From assembly GCA_963704705.1 (NCBI GenBank), contig OY969931.1, forward strand, positions 360,001 through 392,000: DNA of 32,000 bases, given 5' to 3'. Positions within the stretch are counted from its first letter, which is position 1. Each line of letters starts with the position of its first letter. The position numbers and the translations under genes were made by a program. Below are positions 1 through 8,375 of this stretch, in pieces. The notes under the pieces were generated by a model. That model did not search any database, had not been told where the DNA came from, and was given only the letters and a program-made list of their open reading frames with translations. The stretch comes from an uncultured bacterium (GTDB lineage: Bacteria > Patescibacteriota > Gracilibacteria > UBA1369 > PNNO01).

Positions 1-737
1 ACAAATGTGAACAGACCGACAATAACAACAAAATAACTTATTAAACTGTTTATACCCAACCATCCCCAGTCTTGGCCTTTATCTAAAACAAGAACTAAAG
101 CCGAAAGTGCAATACCTAAAATTATGGCACCCTTAAGGTCAAATCCCGCTATTTTTTTGTGTGATTTGGATTCTGCAATAAAAGCCATTGCCATAAAAAG
201 TCCGATTATACCTATTGGAAGATTAATCAAGAATACAGATCGCCAACCAAAAGTATCAATTAAAGGTCCGCCTATTAAAGGCCCAAAAACAGCAGCAGCT
301 GCAAATGATGCCGACCATATACCAAGTGCTTGTGAGCGTTCTTTATTGTCAGTGTAAGTAACCGCAAGAATTGCCATGGCAGTAGGATAATCAGCTGAAC
401 CCGCAATCGCCTGAATAATTCTGAAAACAATCATTGAAGATAAATTCCAGGCAAAACCAGCGAGAATTGATCCGACAATAAATATCGAAAAACCCAGAAT
501 ATATATTTTTTTTCTTCCCAAAATATCACCGAGCTTTCCCCAAACAGGTACAAAAATAGCATTTGCTAAAATATAAGCTGTTGCAATCCAGCCTGCAGAG
601 CTGACAGAAATATGAAAATCATTTATTATATGCGGTAAACCAAGGTTTACAATAGTTTGATCAAGCCTTCCCAAAAACGTACCAATAATAACGGTAAGAA
701 GAATTAATCCTTTTGGTATACCTTTTTTCTCAGCCAT
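1..737 (-). CDS. MFS transporter, DHA2 / EmrB-QacA type drug:H+ antiporter (N-terminal part only; the gene runs off the window start)
   Basis: Absent from the ORF track because it is open to the window edge. Hand translation of the minus strand from ATG (complement of 735-737) gives MAEKKGIPKGLILLTVIIGTFLGRLDQTIVNLGLPHIINDF...VPVWGKLGDILGRKKIYILGF...FRIIQAIAGSADYP...GPLIGGPLIDTFGWRSVFLINLP..., with no stop down to position 1. LDQTIVN, GKLGDxxGRK and RxxQAxxGS are MFS/DHA2 signatures. The start lies 4 nt after the stop of the adaptor gene. Confidence 0.85.
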   Translation of the reverse strand, partial: MAEKKGIPKGLILLTVIIGTFLGRLDQTIVNLGLPHIINDFHISVSSAGWIATAYILANAIFVPVWGKLGDILGRKKIYILGFSIFIVGSILAGFAWNLSSMIVFRIIQAIAGSADYPTAMAILAVTYTDNKERSQALGIWSASFAAAAVFGPLIGGPLIDTFGWRSVFLINLPIGIIGLFMAMAFIAESKSHKKIAGFDLKGAIILGIALSALVLVLDKGQDWGWLGINSLISYFVVIVGLFTF

Positions 738-740
738 ATT

Positions 741-1385
741 TTATTGTTTATAAATCCAGACTTTTGCTGACATGCCATCTTTAAAATGAGGATAATTATT
801 CTGGTTATATTTGATTTTTATATCAAAATTTTTAATTTCGCGTTTGTCAGAAATACTAAAAACAACATCGTCAGAATTACTTATTTCTTTTACTTCTTCA
901 ACAGTTCCTTCAAATTCCTCAGTACCGAATACATCAACTGTGAATTTAACTTTTTGCCCTTCATGGATATCTTTTAAACCCTTGTCTTCGGGGATGCTGG
1001 CTACAATACGCATTTCAGCAGGATCGTACATTGTTACAACAGCCTGTCCTGGATTATAGATCGCTCCAAAATCCTGTTTAACTGTTGCTATTATTCCTGG
1101 AATTTCAGCGGAAATAATGTCATAGCCAACTTTTGCGACTGATTCATGAGCCTGTACTTTTTGTCCTTCTTGTACATAAATTTCTTTAAAAACACCTTTC
1201 TCTTCAGGAGTAAGTTGAATTAATGGCACACTAACTACTGCTTTATCAGAATAAATATATTTTTGCGAATCCAGCCAATATAAAACTCCCACAACTGTAC
1301 CTATAATAATAAATAAAAGTAATATAGGAATTGCTATTTTGCGAACATTTTGCTGGCTTGATTTTGGTTTATCTTCTTGTTCCAT
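741..1385 (-). CDS. HlyD/EmrA-family membrane fusion (adaptor) protein, short form without the alpha-helical hairpin
   Basis: 214 aa with an N-terminal TM helix (IAIPILLLFIIIGTVVGVLYW). It has a lipoyl-like segment (GVFKEIYVQEGQKVQAHESVAKV ... AEIPGIIATV) and a beta-barrel segment (RIVASIPEDKGLKDIHEGQKVKFTVD...FEGTVEEV). It sits immediately upstream of the MFS pump on the same strand. Confidence 0.75.
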   Translation of the reverse strand: MEQEDKPKSSQQNVRKIAIPILLLFIIIGTVVGVLYWLDSQKYIYSDKAVVSVPLIQLTPEEKGVFKEIYVQEGQKVQAHESVAKVGYDIISAEIPGIIATVKQDFGAIYNPGQAVVTMYDPAEMRIVASIPEDKGLKDIHEGQKVKFTVDVFGTEEFEGTVEEVKEISNSDDVVFSISDKREIKNFDIKIKYNQNNYPHFKDGMSAKVWIYKQ

Positions 1386-1418
1386 AACAGTATCTGTAAC
1401 AGGATTTTTTTAGTAGCT

Positions 1419-1447
1419 AATATATAAGTTTTTTAAACATTTGTCAA
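1419..1447 (-). promoter_or_regulatory. Sigma70-like promoter for the adaptor-MFS operon
   Basis: The minus strand reads TCACTATTGACA-(17 nt)-TATATT, about 35 nt upstream of the ATG at 1385. Confidence 0.45.
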
Positions 1448-1452
1448 TAGTG

Positions 1453-1483
1453 AAAAAGCCCCTGTAATTTTACAGAGGCTTTT
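1453..1483 (-). terminator. Rho-independent terminator after htrA
   Basis: Stem GCCCCTGTA (1458-1466) / TACAGAGGC (1471-1479) has 9 bp with one mismatch and a 4-nt loop. It is flanked by A5 and T4-5, so the minus strand carries a T-run right after the stem. It lies 15 nt past the htrA stop. Confidence 0.7.
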
Positions 1484-1497
1484 ATTGATTTTAATTA

Positions 1498-2769
1498 TTA
1501 TTGATCCTCACTTTCAGTTTTTACCTCGGTTTTAGGCGGTTCTTCAAGTGTTACCTTTACATCTTCTTCCTTATCTTTATGCATTATTTTTAGTGTAACT
1601 GTGTCACCGACATTTTTTGATCCGACTATTTTAGCCAATGATTTGCCGTCATTAAGTTTTTCGCCGTCAACTTCAAGAATAATATCATTTTCAACAATAC
1701 CAGCTTTATCTGCCGGAGAACCGGGGATTACAGCCAGTTCTTCAGCTGTTTGGCCTCTCTGGACAAGATCACCATAATCAACTGTTAGATTATTCTTTTC
1801 TTTAATTGAATCAGTTATCGGAATATATCTGATTCCCAAGTAAGGTCTTATTATTCTGCCGTTTTTGATTACAGAATCAACAGCTTCTTTTATTGTATTT
1901 GAAGGAATTGAAAAACTGATATTTTCTCCGTTTGCAATTGCCACATTCACACCTATAACCTTGCCCTGTAAATTTAGCAAAGGTCCGCCTGAATTACCCG
2001 GATTAATTGCTGTATCAGTTTGAATAACATCTTCAAGACGTTCTGTTTGACCCATGAATGAAGTTCCTGCGGTAATATCCCTTGATAAACCTGAAATCAC
2101 ACCTACTGAAACAGAATTATCAAATTCCAAAAGCGGGTTCCCTATTGCAATTGCTGTCTGGCCGACTTTAATATTATTTGAATCGTCAAATTCAAGATAT
2201 GGGAAGTTGTCGCCTTCAATCTTTAGAATAGCCAGATCATTTATTGTATCTTTATCGATAATTTCGGCTTTGTATTCTGTGCCGTCTTTTGTAAATACTG
2301 AATATTCAGCTGTATCATCAGCAGCTACATGCTTATTTGTTACGATATAGCCATCTGAAGAAACTATAAATCCTGAACCTCCGCCAATTTGTTTTTTCTC
2401 TGTTTCACCGCTGTCCTGATACATAGGGATTTGAAAAGAAAATCCCTGGTTACCAAATAGTGAATTTCCAAAAGGATCATTAGCATCCTGGAAGTATTGT
2501 TTAAGTACTGGAACATCTTTGGAAATAATTATTGAAACAACGGCAGGTGAAGTTTTATCAACTGCATTGATTACGAGATCTTCCTGCGAAACATAGTCCT
2601 TGTTTTTTAAATAATCAGCGATTTGATTTGAAGAATTTGCTGAATCAGCAGTTTGGGTATTCGTTTGTGAAGGTAAACCGTTCGTTATTAATAAAGTGAT
2701 TATTAAGGCTGTAAGTCCACCCGAAATAATTGGGATTAAAACATTATTGATCATTTGTTTATTACTCAT
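1498..2769 (-). CDS. htrA: HtrA/DegP-family serine protease (S1C) with C-terminal PDZ domain and N-terminal membrane anchor
   Basis: 423 aa. Catalytic motifs TNKHV (His), DLAIL (Asp) and GNSGGPLLN (Ser) are present. The PDZ-like tail is GSPADKAGIVENDIILEVDGEKL. Confidence 0.9.
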   Translation of the reverse strand: MSNKQMINNVLIPIISGGLTALIITLLITNGLPSQTNTQTADSANSSNQIADYLKNKDYVSQEDLVINAVDKTSPAVVSIIISKDVPVLKQYFQDANDPFGNSLFGNQGFSFQIPMYQDSGETEKKQIGGGSGFIVSSDGYIVTNKHVAADDTAEYSVFTKDGTEYKAEIIDKDTINDLAILKIEGDNFPYLEFDDSNNIKVGQTAIAIGNPLLEFDNSVSVGVISGLSRDITAGTSFMGQTERLEDVIQTDTAINPGNSGGPLLNLQGKVIGVNVAIANGENISFSIPSNTIKEAVDSVIKNGRIIRPYLGIRYIPITDSIKEKNNLTVDYGDLVQRGQTAEELAVIPGSPADKAGIVENDIILEVDGEKLNDGKSLAKIVGSKNVGDTVTLKIMHKDKEEDVKVTLEEPPKTEVKTESEDQ

Positions 2770-2824
2770 GATAATTTGGTTAATAATTTTTGTTCATTAT
2801 TAATACAAATATTAATTAAAAAAA

Positions 2825-2853
2825 ATTTTATTTTTTATAAAAAAAACTTGCAA
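2825..2853 (-). promoter_or_regulatory. Candidate promoter for htrA
   Basis: The minus strand reads TTGCAA-(17 nt)-TAAAAT, about 55 nt upstream of the htrA ATG. The background is AT-rich, so a false positive is possible. Confidence 0.35.
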
Positions 2854-2880
2854 AATATATAAAATATTTTAAAACGAATA

Positions 2881-2909
2881 TTAATTGTTTCATTAATTTC
2901 TGATACAAT
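2881..2909 (+). promoter_or_regulatory. Candidate extended -10 promoter for the ICMT-family gene (would give a near-leaderless mRNA)
   Basis: TTAATT-(17 nt)-TACAAT, preceded by TGa (TGaTACAAT). The -10 ends 7 nt before the ATG at 2917. Confidence 0.35.
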
Positions 2910-2916
2910 CATTTTA

Positions 2917-3786
2917 ATGAAATTAAAAGGAATTGAAAAATTCAGGGAGAAAACCCAAATTTTTGGGGGTTGGAAAATATGGCTTATACCGTTGGTTGTT
3001 TTGTTATTGATGGCTACATATATCAAATTAATGACATTGGTATATTCACTGCCTGATTTATTTTTATCCAAAGGCATAAATTCAGAATGGCTCGCAATAA
3101 TACCTTTAGCTGGAGAAGTAGTTTTTTGTACATTTGGATTAATCCTGATTTATCAGATGTGGGCACAAAAGGACAGACTTAAAAAGAAATATGGCCAGCT
3201 TTCTTATAAATATATCTTTTTTGTTGGATTTACAGGCGTTACGGCAATGATATCAGTAGGATTGGGTTTGTTCGTTCATTACTGGATTTTTTCGCCATCA
3301 TTCTGGGCGGATTCCTCATTTAAATTTCTTGCAATTCCTTTGGACCAATATTTTATCACCTTTGCTCCGGTAATTTTTTGGGCAAAAATGATTATTTCAG
3401 TTTTGATTACTGCAACTGGCATTGCGCTTATTTTAAGGGCTCTTTTTACATTCGGATTCGACTATATGACTGTTGTTTATCTTTATTTTCCCGAAGAAAG
3501 CAAAATTCAGAATCATGAAATTTATTCTGTGCTAAGGCATCCAACTTATGCAGGGTTGTTGTTGGTTGCTTTGGGCGGAATGTATTCTACACTTACTTTG
3601 TATTCTGTTATTTTATATATTGTCTTTTTCTGTGCATTATTTATTCATATTCATTATGTTGAGGAAAAAGAGCTTATTCAAAGATTCGGACAATCTTATA
3701 AAGAATATATGAAAAATGTCCCGGCTGTTATTGTACGGCCAGCTAAAATTAGAACTTTTTTTAAATTTTTATTTTATGGAAATTGA
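2917..3786 (+). CDS. Isoprenylcysteine carboxyl methyltransferase / phospholipid methyltransferase (ICMT/PEMT) family membrane protein
   Basis: 289 aa and polytopic. The C-terminal signature is YSVLRHPTYAGLLLVALG ... HYVEEKELIQRFGQSYKEYMKNVP (RHPxY ... EExxL ... FGxxYxxY). Confidence 0.65.
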   Translation: MKLKGIEKFREKTQIFGGWKIWLIPLVVLLLMATYIKLMTLVYSLPDLFLSKGINSEWLAIIPLAGEVVFCTFGLILIYQMWAQKDRLKKKYGQLSYKYIFFVGFTGVTAMISVGLGLFVHYWIFSPSFWADSSFKFLAIPLDQYFITFAPVIFWAKMIISVLITATGIALILRALFTFGFDYMTVVYLYFPEESKIQNHEIYSVLRHPTYAGLLLVALGGMYSTLTLYSVILYIVFFCALFIHIHYVEEKELIQRFGQSYKEYMKNVPAVIVRPAKIRTFFKFLFYGN

Positions 3787-4174
3787 TATTAATAAATTTG
3801 ATGAACTTGTAGATCAGGTCTGGAATGAACTTCCTCAGGATTTTAAGGAACAAATCAATAATACTGATATTGTTATTTTAGATGAGCCAACTAAAGAACA
3901 GCTTAGAAGAATGAAAATTAAAGGGCTTCTGCTTGGGCTTTTTGAAGGCGTTCCAAAAACCGCCTGGGGCCAGATTTATTCATCAATTTTGCCTGCCAAA
4001 ATTACTATTTTCCGTAAGCCGATTTTGCTTGTATGTAAAGATTTAAAAGATCTCAAAATAACAATACATGTTGTTGTAATGCATGAGATCGCTCATTACT
4101 TTGGCTACAATGATAATGACATGTTCATTATGGACAAAAAGATGAAGGCGAGACTTTCAAAAGAAATTGAATAA
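3776..4174 (+). CDS. Zincin-like metallopeptidase family protein (DUF1025/Zincin_1-like, HExxH)
   Basis: VVMHEIAHYFGYNDNDM contains HExxH in the context typical of this small cytosolic family. I prefer the ATG at 3776 (MEIDINKFDEL...) over the track start at 3716, which would overlap the preceding gene by 71 nt. Confidence 0.6.
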   Translation: MEIDINKFDELVDQVWNELPQDFKEQINNTDIVILDEPTKEQLRRMKIKGLLLGLFEGVPKTAWGQIYSSILPAKITIFRKPILLVCKDLKDLKITIHVVVMHEIAHYFGYNDNDMFIMDKKMKARLSKEIE

Positions 4175-4176
4175 TT

Positions 4177-5178
4177 ATGAAAATCAGCAAAGAACAAGGA
4201 ATACTTATACGAGCCATAGCTATCATAATGATTGTGATTTACCACTTTCAGTATGATTATTTTGGCGGTACTTTGTTGGTTGAAAGGGGAGAAGGTGTTG
4301 TAAACTGGGTCTCTAATGCAGGATTTGGGATTTTTTTATCGATTTGTTTTATTGGAGTGAATATATTTTTCGTACTTTCAGGTTATGGGCTTGTGAAAAA
4401 ATTTTTGGAAAGAAAAACCGTGAAGATGAAAGATATGTTCAAACAAAGTTTCAAAATTTTGGTCCCTTATTGGATTGCGCATCCCTTGATTCATATTATT
4501 GACTGGATGCTTAAAAATTTACAGTACAAATTCGGTTTAATTGAATATAAGACTTATTTCGCAGGTATGCATAGTTTTTCGCAGTATATAGAAAGTTTAT
4601 TGGTAATACCGAGATGGTTTAGCGAGCAAGGTGCATTAATATTTGACGGAACATGGTGGTATGTGGGCATTATAATTCAATTTTACTTGTTATTCCCTTT
4701 GTTATTTTGGATATTCAAAAAACTAAAACCATTAAAAGCACTGTTATTATGTGTCGGGGTAAGTTTTATTTATAGATTTATTATTTCGCTTGCAACAGGC
4801 GCATCTCCGGTTGGTGTAAATGAAGCTGATATTTATTTGTTTATAATGTTTCCGGCACGGTTATCTGAATTTGCTTTGGGCATGTATCTTGCTTTTGAAC
4901 TTAGGACAATTAAATTGCAAAGTAAAATTTCATTGGCTATTCCTTTATTAATATTGGGATTTGTATTTTTAAGTTATGTACAAACAATGTTTATAAGTGA
5001 TTTCTTATTCGCCTTGGGTGGTATAATTTTTGCTTATTATATAACCAAACCTTTAAAAGGATTTGCGGAAAAAGTCTTTAGATATATAGGTCAAAAATCA
5101 TACTTAATTTATCTTTACCACGAGCCGACTTTAAAATTACTACTCAAATTTGTTTTCCCAAATAATATATCCGGCTAA
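4177..5178 (+). CDS. Acyltransferase-3 family membrane O-acyltransferase (OafA/YrhL-like)
   Basis: 333 aa with about 10 TM helices. The N-terminal motif LIRAIAIIMIVIYHF is typical of Acyl_transf_3. Confidence 0.7.
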   Translation: MKISKEQGILIRAIAIIMIVIYHFQYDYFGGTLLVERGEGVVNWVSNAGFGIFLSICFIGVNIFFVLSGYGLVKKFLERKTVKMKDMFKQSFKILVPYWIAHPLIHIIDWMLKNLQYKFGLIEYKTYFAGMHSFSQYIESLLVIPRWFSEQGALIFDGTWWYVGIIIQFYLLFPLLFWIFKKLKPLKALLLCVGVSFIYRFIISLATGASPVGVNEADIYLFIMFPARLSEFALGMYLAFELRTIKLQSKISLAIPLLILGFVFLSYVQTMFISDFLFALGGIIFAYYITKPLKGFAEKVFRYIGQKSYLIYLYHEPTLKLLLKFVFPNNISG

Positions 5179-6116
5179 ATAAAATTAAATAAATATCCAA
5201 TAATAATAATTCCCACGGCAACCGAGCTAAAGAAAATAGCCAGTAATTTAACTGACATTACTCTTTTCAAAATAATAGCTTCAGGAAGCGAAAGTCCTGC
5301 AATCGACATCATAAATGCAAGTGAGGTTCCAAGCGGTACCCCATTGGCAGTTATTCCAAAAATTAGCGGTACTACAGTTGAACAACCCGCATAAATAGGA
5401 ACTCCAACAAGTGTTGCTATCGGAACAGATAAAATGCTGTATTTTCCAATAAATTCCATAAAGAACTCCTGAGGAACAAAACCGTGAATTAATGCCCCAA
5501 CAGCGACTCCTCCAAGAACATAAGGCAATAATTTTTTAAAGGTCTTAAAGCCTTCTTTTAAAGAAAATTTCACTTTTTTATCGAATTTTTTAGGCATTTC
5601 ATTTATTTTTTTTGTCTGCAGATCGTCGTTTAGAATAATTTCCTTATCAAGCTTTAAAGATCCTAATAATAATCCACCGATCACTCCAAGCGTAATTCCT
5701 GAAAAAGCGTATAACAAGGCCAGATCCCATCCAAATAACCCACCCATAATTACAAATGCAACTTCATTTACCAGCGGAGAAGTAATTAAAAATGAGAATG
5801 CTATTCCAATTGGAATTCTTGCTTTTAAAAATCCGATAAATATTGGTATTGAAGAACATGAACAGAATGGTGTAACCGCTCCAAATAAAGCTGCAGCAAA
5901 ATTACCTGATCCGAATTTTGCTTTCTGCATGAACTTTCTTAAAGATTCATCTTTAAAAAACGTTCTAATAAAAGTAATAACTGAAACAACTAGAAATATT
6001 AAAATCAGAATCTTCAAGCTGTCGTAAATAAAAAAATGTAAGGCAGAAGCAAGTCTGTCTTCTTGAGGCAGTTTTAGTATGTTATAAACAATGGTTTCGG
6101 CAATCCAGTTAAACAT
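5175..6116 (-). CDS. Predicted permease, ArsP / COG0701 family
   Basis: 313 aa and polytopic. The conserved VTPFCSCSSIPIF (CxC) motif is present. The gene overlaps the upstream arsR stop by 8 nt. Confidence 0.75.
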   Translation of the reverse strand: MFNWIAETIVYNILKLPQEDRLASALHFFIYDSLKILILIFLVVSVITFIRTFFKDESLRKFMQKAKFGSGNFAAALFGAVTPFCSCSSIPIFIGFLKARIPIGIAFSFLITSPLVNEVAFVIMGGLFGWDLALLYAFSGITLGVIGGLLLGSLKLDKEIILNDDLQTKKINEMPKKFDKKVKFSLKEGFKTFKKLLPYVLGGVAVGALIHGFVPQEFFMEFIGKYSILSVPIATLVGVPIYAGCSTVVPLIFGITANGVPLGTSLAFMMSIAGLSLPEAIILKRVMSVKLLAIFFSSVAVGIIIIGYLFNFI

Positions 6117-6414
6117 TTAATATTTCAGTTAAATTTGTAATAAGAGTGTTTATTGATTTGTTCTTTAAAGAATAACGCTTCCATAATCCTTCTTTTTTGG
6201 CTACAACGAGACCGCTGTCGCGCAATGTTTTTAAATGATGAGATATTAGATTTTGTTTTAAGTTAAGGCCTTTTTCGATTTCACAAACACATTTGGAACC
6301 TGACGAAAGTAAGCAAAGAATTTTTAACCTGTTTGGCTCAGCAATAATCTGTAGATTATTTGCCAATAAATTTAAATTTTTAGCTTTGCAGCTATTCTTT
6401 TTGCAACTGTTCAT
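6109..6414 (-). CDS. arsR: ArsR/SmtB-family metalloregulatory repressor
   Basis: 101 aa winged HTH. RLKILCLLSSGSKCVCEIEKGLNLKQNLISHHLKTLRDSGLV includes the CVC metalloid-binding motif of ArsR-type sensors. Confidence 0.85.
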   Translation of the reverse strand: MNSCKKNSCKAKNLNLLANNLQIIAEPNRLKILCLLSSGSKCVCEIEKGLNLKQNLISHHLKTLRDSGLVVAKKEGLWKRYSLKNKSINTLITNLTEILNV

Positions 6415-6418
6415 AAAT

Positions 6419-6442
6419 CTATATCAATGACGGTTGATATAG
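6419..6442. promoter_or_regulatory. Perfect 9-6-9 inverted repeat, candidate ArsR operator
   Basis: CTATATCAA-tgacgg-TTGATATAG ends 4 nt upstream of the arsR start codon. It overlaps the predicted -10 element. Confidence 0.5.
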
Positions 6443-6467
6443 TACATGAATAAAATTTATAAATCAA
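6439..6467 (-). promoter_or_regulatory. Candidate arsR promoter
   Basis: The minus strand reads TTGATT-(17 nt)-TACTAT. The -10 overlaps one arm of the inverted repeat. Confidence 0.45.
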
Positions 6468-6535
6468 TAGTAAAAATCTATTTACTTTAATAACAAAAAG
6501 AATAAGAATTTCATTATACTTTTACTTTTTTATAA

Positions 6536-7831
6536 TTGGATAAAAAGAAATTTTTATTTGTTTCGCTATCCGGCTTAATCGGAGATATTGCCTGGCAGAC
6601 TAAGAAAGAAGGGCATAGGGTTAAGTATTATATTGATGAAAAAGCAGAAAGACACATTGCGGACGGTTTTGTTACCAAAACCAATAACTGGGAAAATGAG
6701 GTCGAATGGGCTGATGTTATTGTTTTTGATGATGTCTTGGGAGAAGGCAGAAAAGCGAAAAGACTAAGGGAACAAGGTAAATTGGTTGTTGGCGGCACTC
6801 CTTATACCGATAAACTTGAAGACAATCGTGCTTTTGGACAGGAAGAAATGAAAAGTCATAAAATCTCGATTCTTCCTTACAAAGAATTTAATTATTTTGA
6901 CGATGGAATAGAATATATTAAAGAAAATCCAGGAAAATATGTTTTAAAACCAAGCGGAGAAGCCCAGAACATTAAGAGGCTTCTTTTTGTTGGTAACGAA
7001 GACGACGGAAGTGATGTTATAAGAATTTTAACCGCTTACAGAAACACATGGAGTGAGGAAGTTAAAGAATTTCAGATTCAGAAAAAAGTAAATTCAGGTG
7101 TTGAAGTTGCTGTTGGAGCCTTTTTTAACGGTAATAAATTTATCTATCCTATTAATGTGAATTTCGAGCACAAAAAGTTGTTTCCCGGTAATTTGGGTGT
7201 GGCAACAGGAGAAATGGGAACAAGTATGTTTTGGTCGGGTCCAAATAAAATTTTTAATCAAACTCTTAAAAAAATGGAGCCAACTTTAAAAGAAGAGGGT
7301 TATGTTGGTTATATAGATATAAACTGTATAGTAAACGGAACCGGAATCTATCCCTTGGAATTCACTTCGCGATTCGGATATCCAACAATCAGTATACAAC
7401 AGGACTCAATGACAACATCTATTGGCGAGTTTTTGTATAAGTTGGCAGCTGGTGAAGATTTTGAAATTAAAGTAAAGAAAGGTTTTCACATAGGTGCGCG
7501 AATTGTTGTTCCTCCTTTTCCTTATAAAGATAAAAAAACTTTTAATTCTTTTGCAAAAGATGCGGTAATAGTTTTTAAAAAATATTCCGAAGACGGCATT
7601 CACATAGAAGATGTTAAAAGACAAAAAGGTGAATGGCTTATAACAGGCAACGCTGGTATTGCATTGGTTGTTGTGGGGTCGGGTATTACAATGAAACAAG
7701 CTCAGCAGCAGCTAGCTCAGCGAATCTCGAATATCATCATTCCAAACATGTATTACCGAAAAGACATCGGTGACAGATGGTTTGAAGACAGCGACAAATT
7801 AAACACCTGGGGATATTTAAGAGAGCAGTAA
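6536..7831 (+). CDS. PurD-like (phosphoribosylamine-glycine ligase family) ATP-grasp protein
   Basis: 431 aa with a TTG start. The segment FEHKKLFPGNLGVATGEMGTSMFW parallels the PurD DHKR..DGD.GPNTGGMG loop. The ATP-grasp body is KYVLKPSGEAQ...VEVAVGAFFNG...IDINCIV. No other pur genes lie in the window. Confidence 0.6.
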   Translation: MDKKKFLFVSLSGLIGDIAWQTKKEGHRVKYYIDEKAERHIADGFVTKTNNWENEVEWADVIVFDDVLGEGRKAKRLREQGKLVVGGTPYTDKLEDNRAFGQEEMKSHKISILPYKEFNYFDDGIEYIKENPGKYVLKPSGEAQNIKRLLFVGNEDDGSDVIRILTAYRNTWSEEVKEFQIQKKVNSGVEVAVGAFFNGNKFIYPINVNFEHKKLFPGNLGVATGEMGTSMFWSGPNKIFNQTLKKMEPTLKEEGYVGYIDINCIVNGTGIYPLEFTSRFGYPTISIQQDSMTTSIGEFLYKLAAGEDFEIKVKKGFHIGARIVVPPFPYKDKKTFNSFAKDAVIVFKKYSEDGIHIEDVKRQKGEWLITGNAGIALVVVGSGITMKQAQQQLAQRISNIIIPNMYYRKDIGDRWFEDSDKLNTWGYLREQ

Positions 7832-7834
7832 TGC

Positions 7835-8305
7835 TTATTTCTTTGAAATATTTTTAGATAAAAACACATGGCCTTCTTCTTCTTCAAAACCATTTCTTTT
7901 AAAGAAATTAAGTGCTCTGCTATTTTCAGTTGATGTATCAACCAGAATAATTTTTACTCCGGCTTCTTTAAATAAACTTGTCATTTTTTTCAAAAGCTTT
8001 TTACCAACACCCTGACCGGCAAATTTTGGACTTACTCCTGTCCAAGTTAGATAGCCATATCTCCATGCACTTCTTTTTTTTTCAACCAAGGCACCCAATG
8101 CAAAACCTATCACTTTTTTATTGTGTTTTGCAACAAGGCAGTGTTCTTTGTCTCCAATATATCTTTCGATGATTTCGTATTCATCCCAGCATCTGTAGAT
8201 ATTAATCCATTTATCAGATGTAAAAAGTTTGTTTCCGAGATTGTAGATTTCAACAATATCTTCAAACTGAATTTCGGAAATCGTTACATCATCATTTTTA
8301 CTCAT
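7835..8305 (-). CDS. GNAT-family N-acetyltransferase
   Basis: 156 aa. The acetyl-CoA binding motif VSPKFAGQGVGKKLLKKM (Q/RxxGxG/A) is present, and the C-terminal ALNFFKRNGF is typical of GNATs. Confidence 0.85.
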   Translation of the reverse strand: MSKNDDVTISEIQFEDIVEIYNLGNKLFTSDKWINIYRCWDEYEIIERYIGDKEHCLVAKHNKKVIGFALGALVEKKRSAWRYGYLTWTGVSPKFAGQGVGKKLLKKMTSLFKEAGVKIILVDTSTENSRALNFFKRNGFEEEEGHVFLSKNISKK

Positions 8306-8334
8306 ATAATTTGTTAATAAATATGCTAAATGTA

Positions 8335-8363
8335 TTTATCCTCTATTTTGATAAACTTGTCAA
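8335..8363 (-). promoter_or_regulatory. Candidate promoter for the GNAT gene
   Basis: The minus strand reads TCACTATTGACA, followed 17-19 nt later by GATAAATA, a weak -10. The 13-mer TCACTATTGACAA is identical to the one at 1441-1453. Confidence 0.35.
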
Positions 8364-8375
8364 TAGTGATGTTTA

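Noticed and set aside
124-357. Track ORF of 77 aa on the plus strand
   Set aside because: It lies entirely antisense to the clearly coding MFS gene (minus strand, 1-737) and has a low-complexity translation. It is a shadow ORF. I say the same for 786-977, 811-1059, 2054-2350, 7406-7699, 9145-9348, 9535-9732, 10048-10275, 12531-12899, 16579-16875, 17077-17298, 21041-21403, 26549-26800, 27998-28246, 30941-31171 and the other short track ORFs nested in stronger genes.
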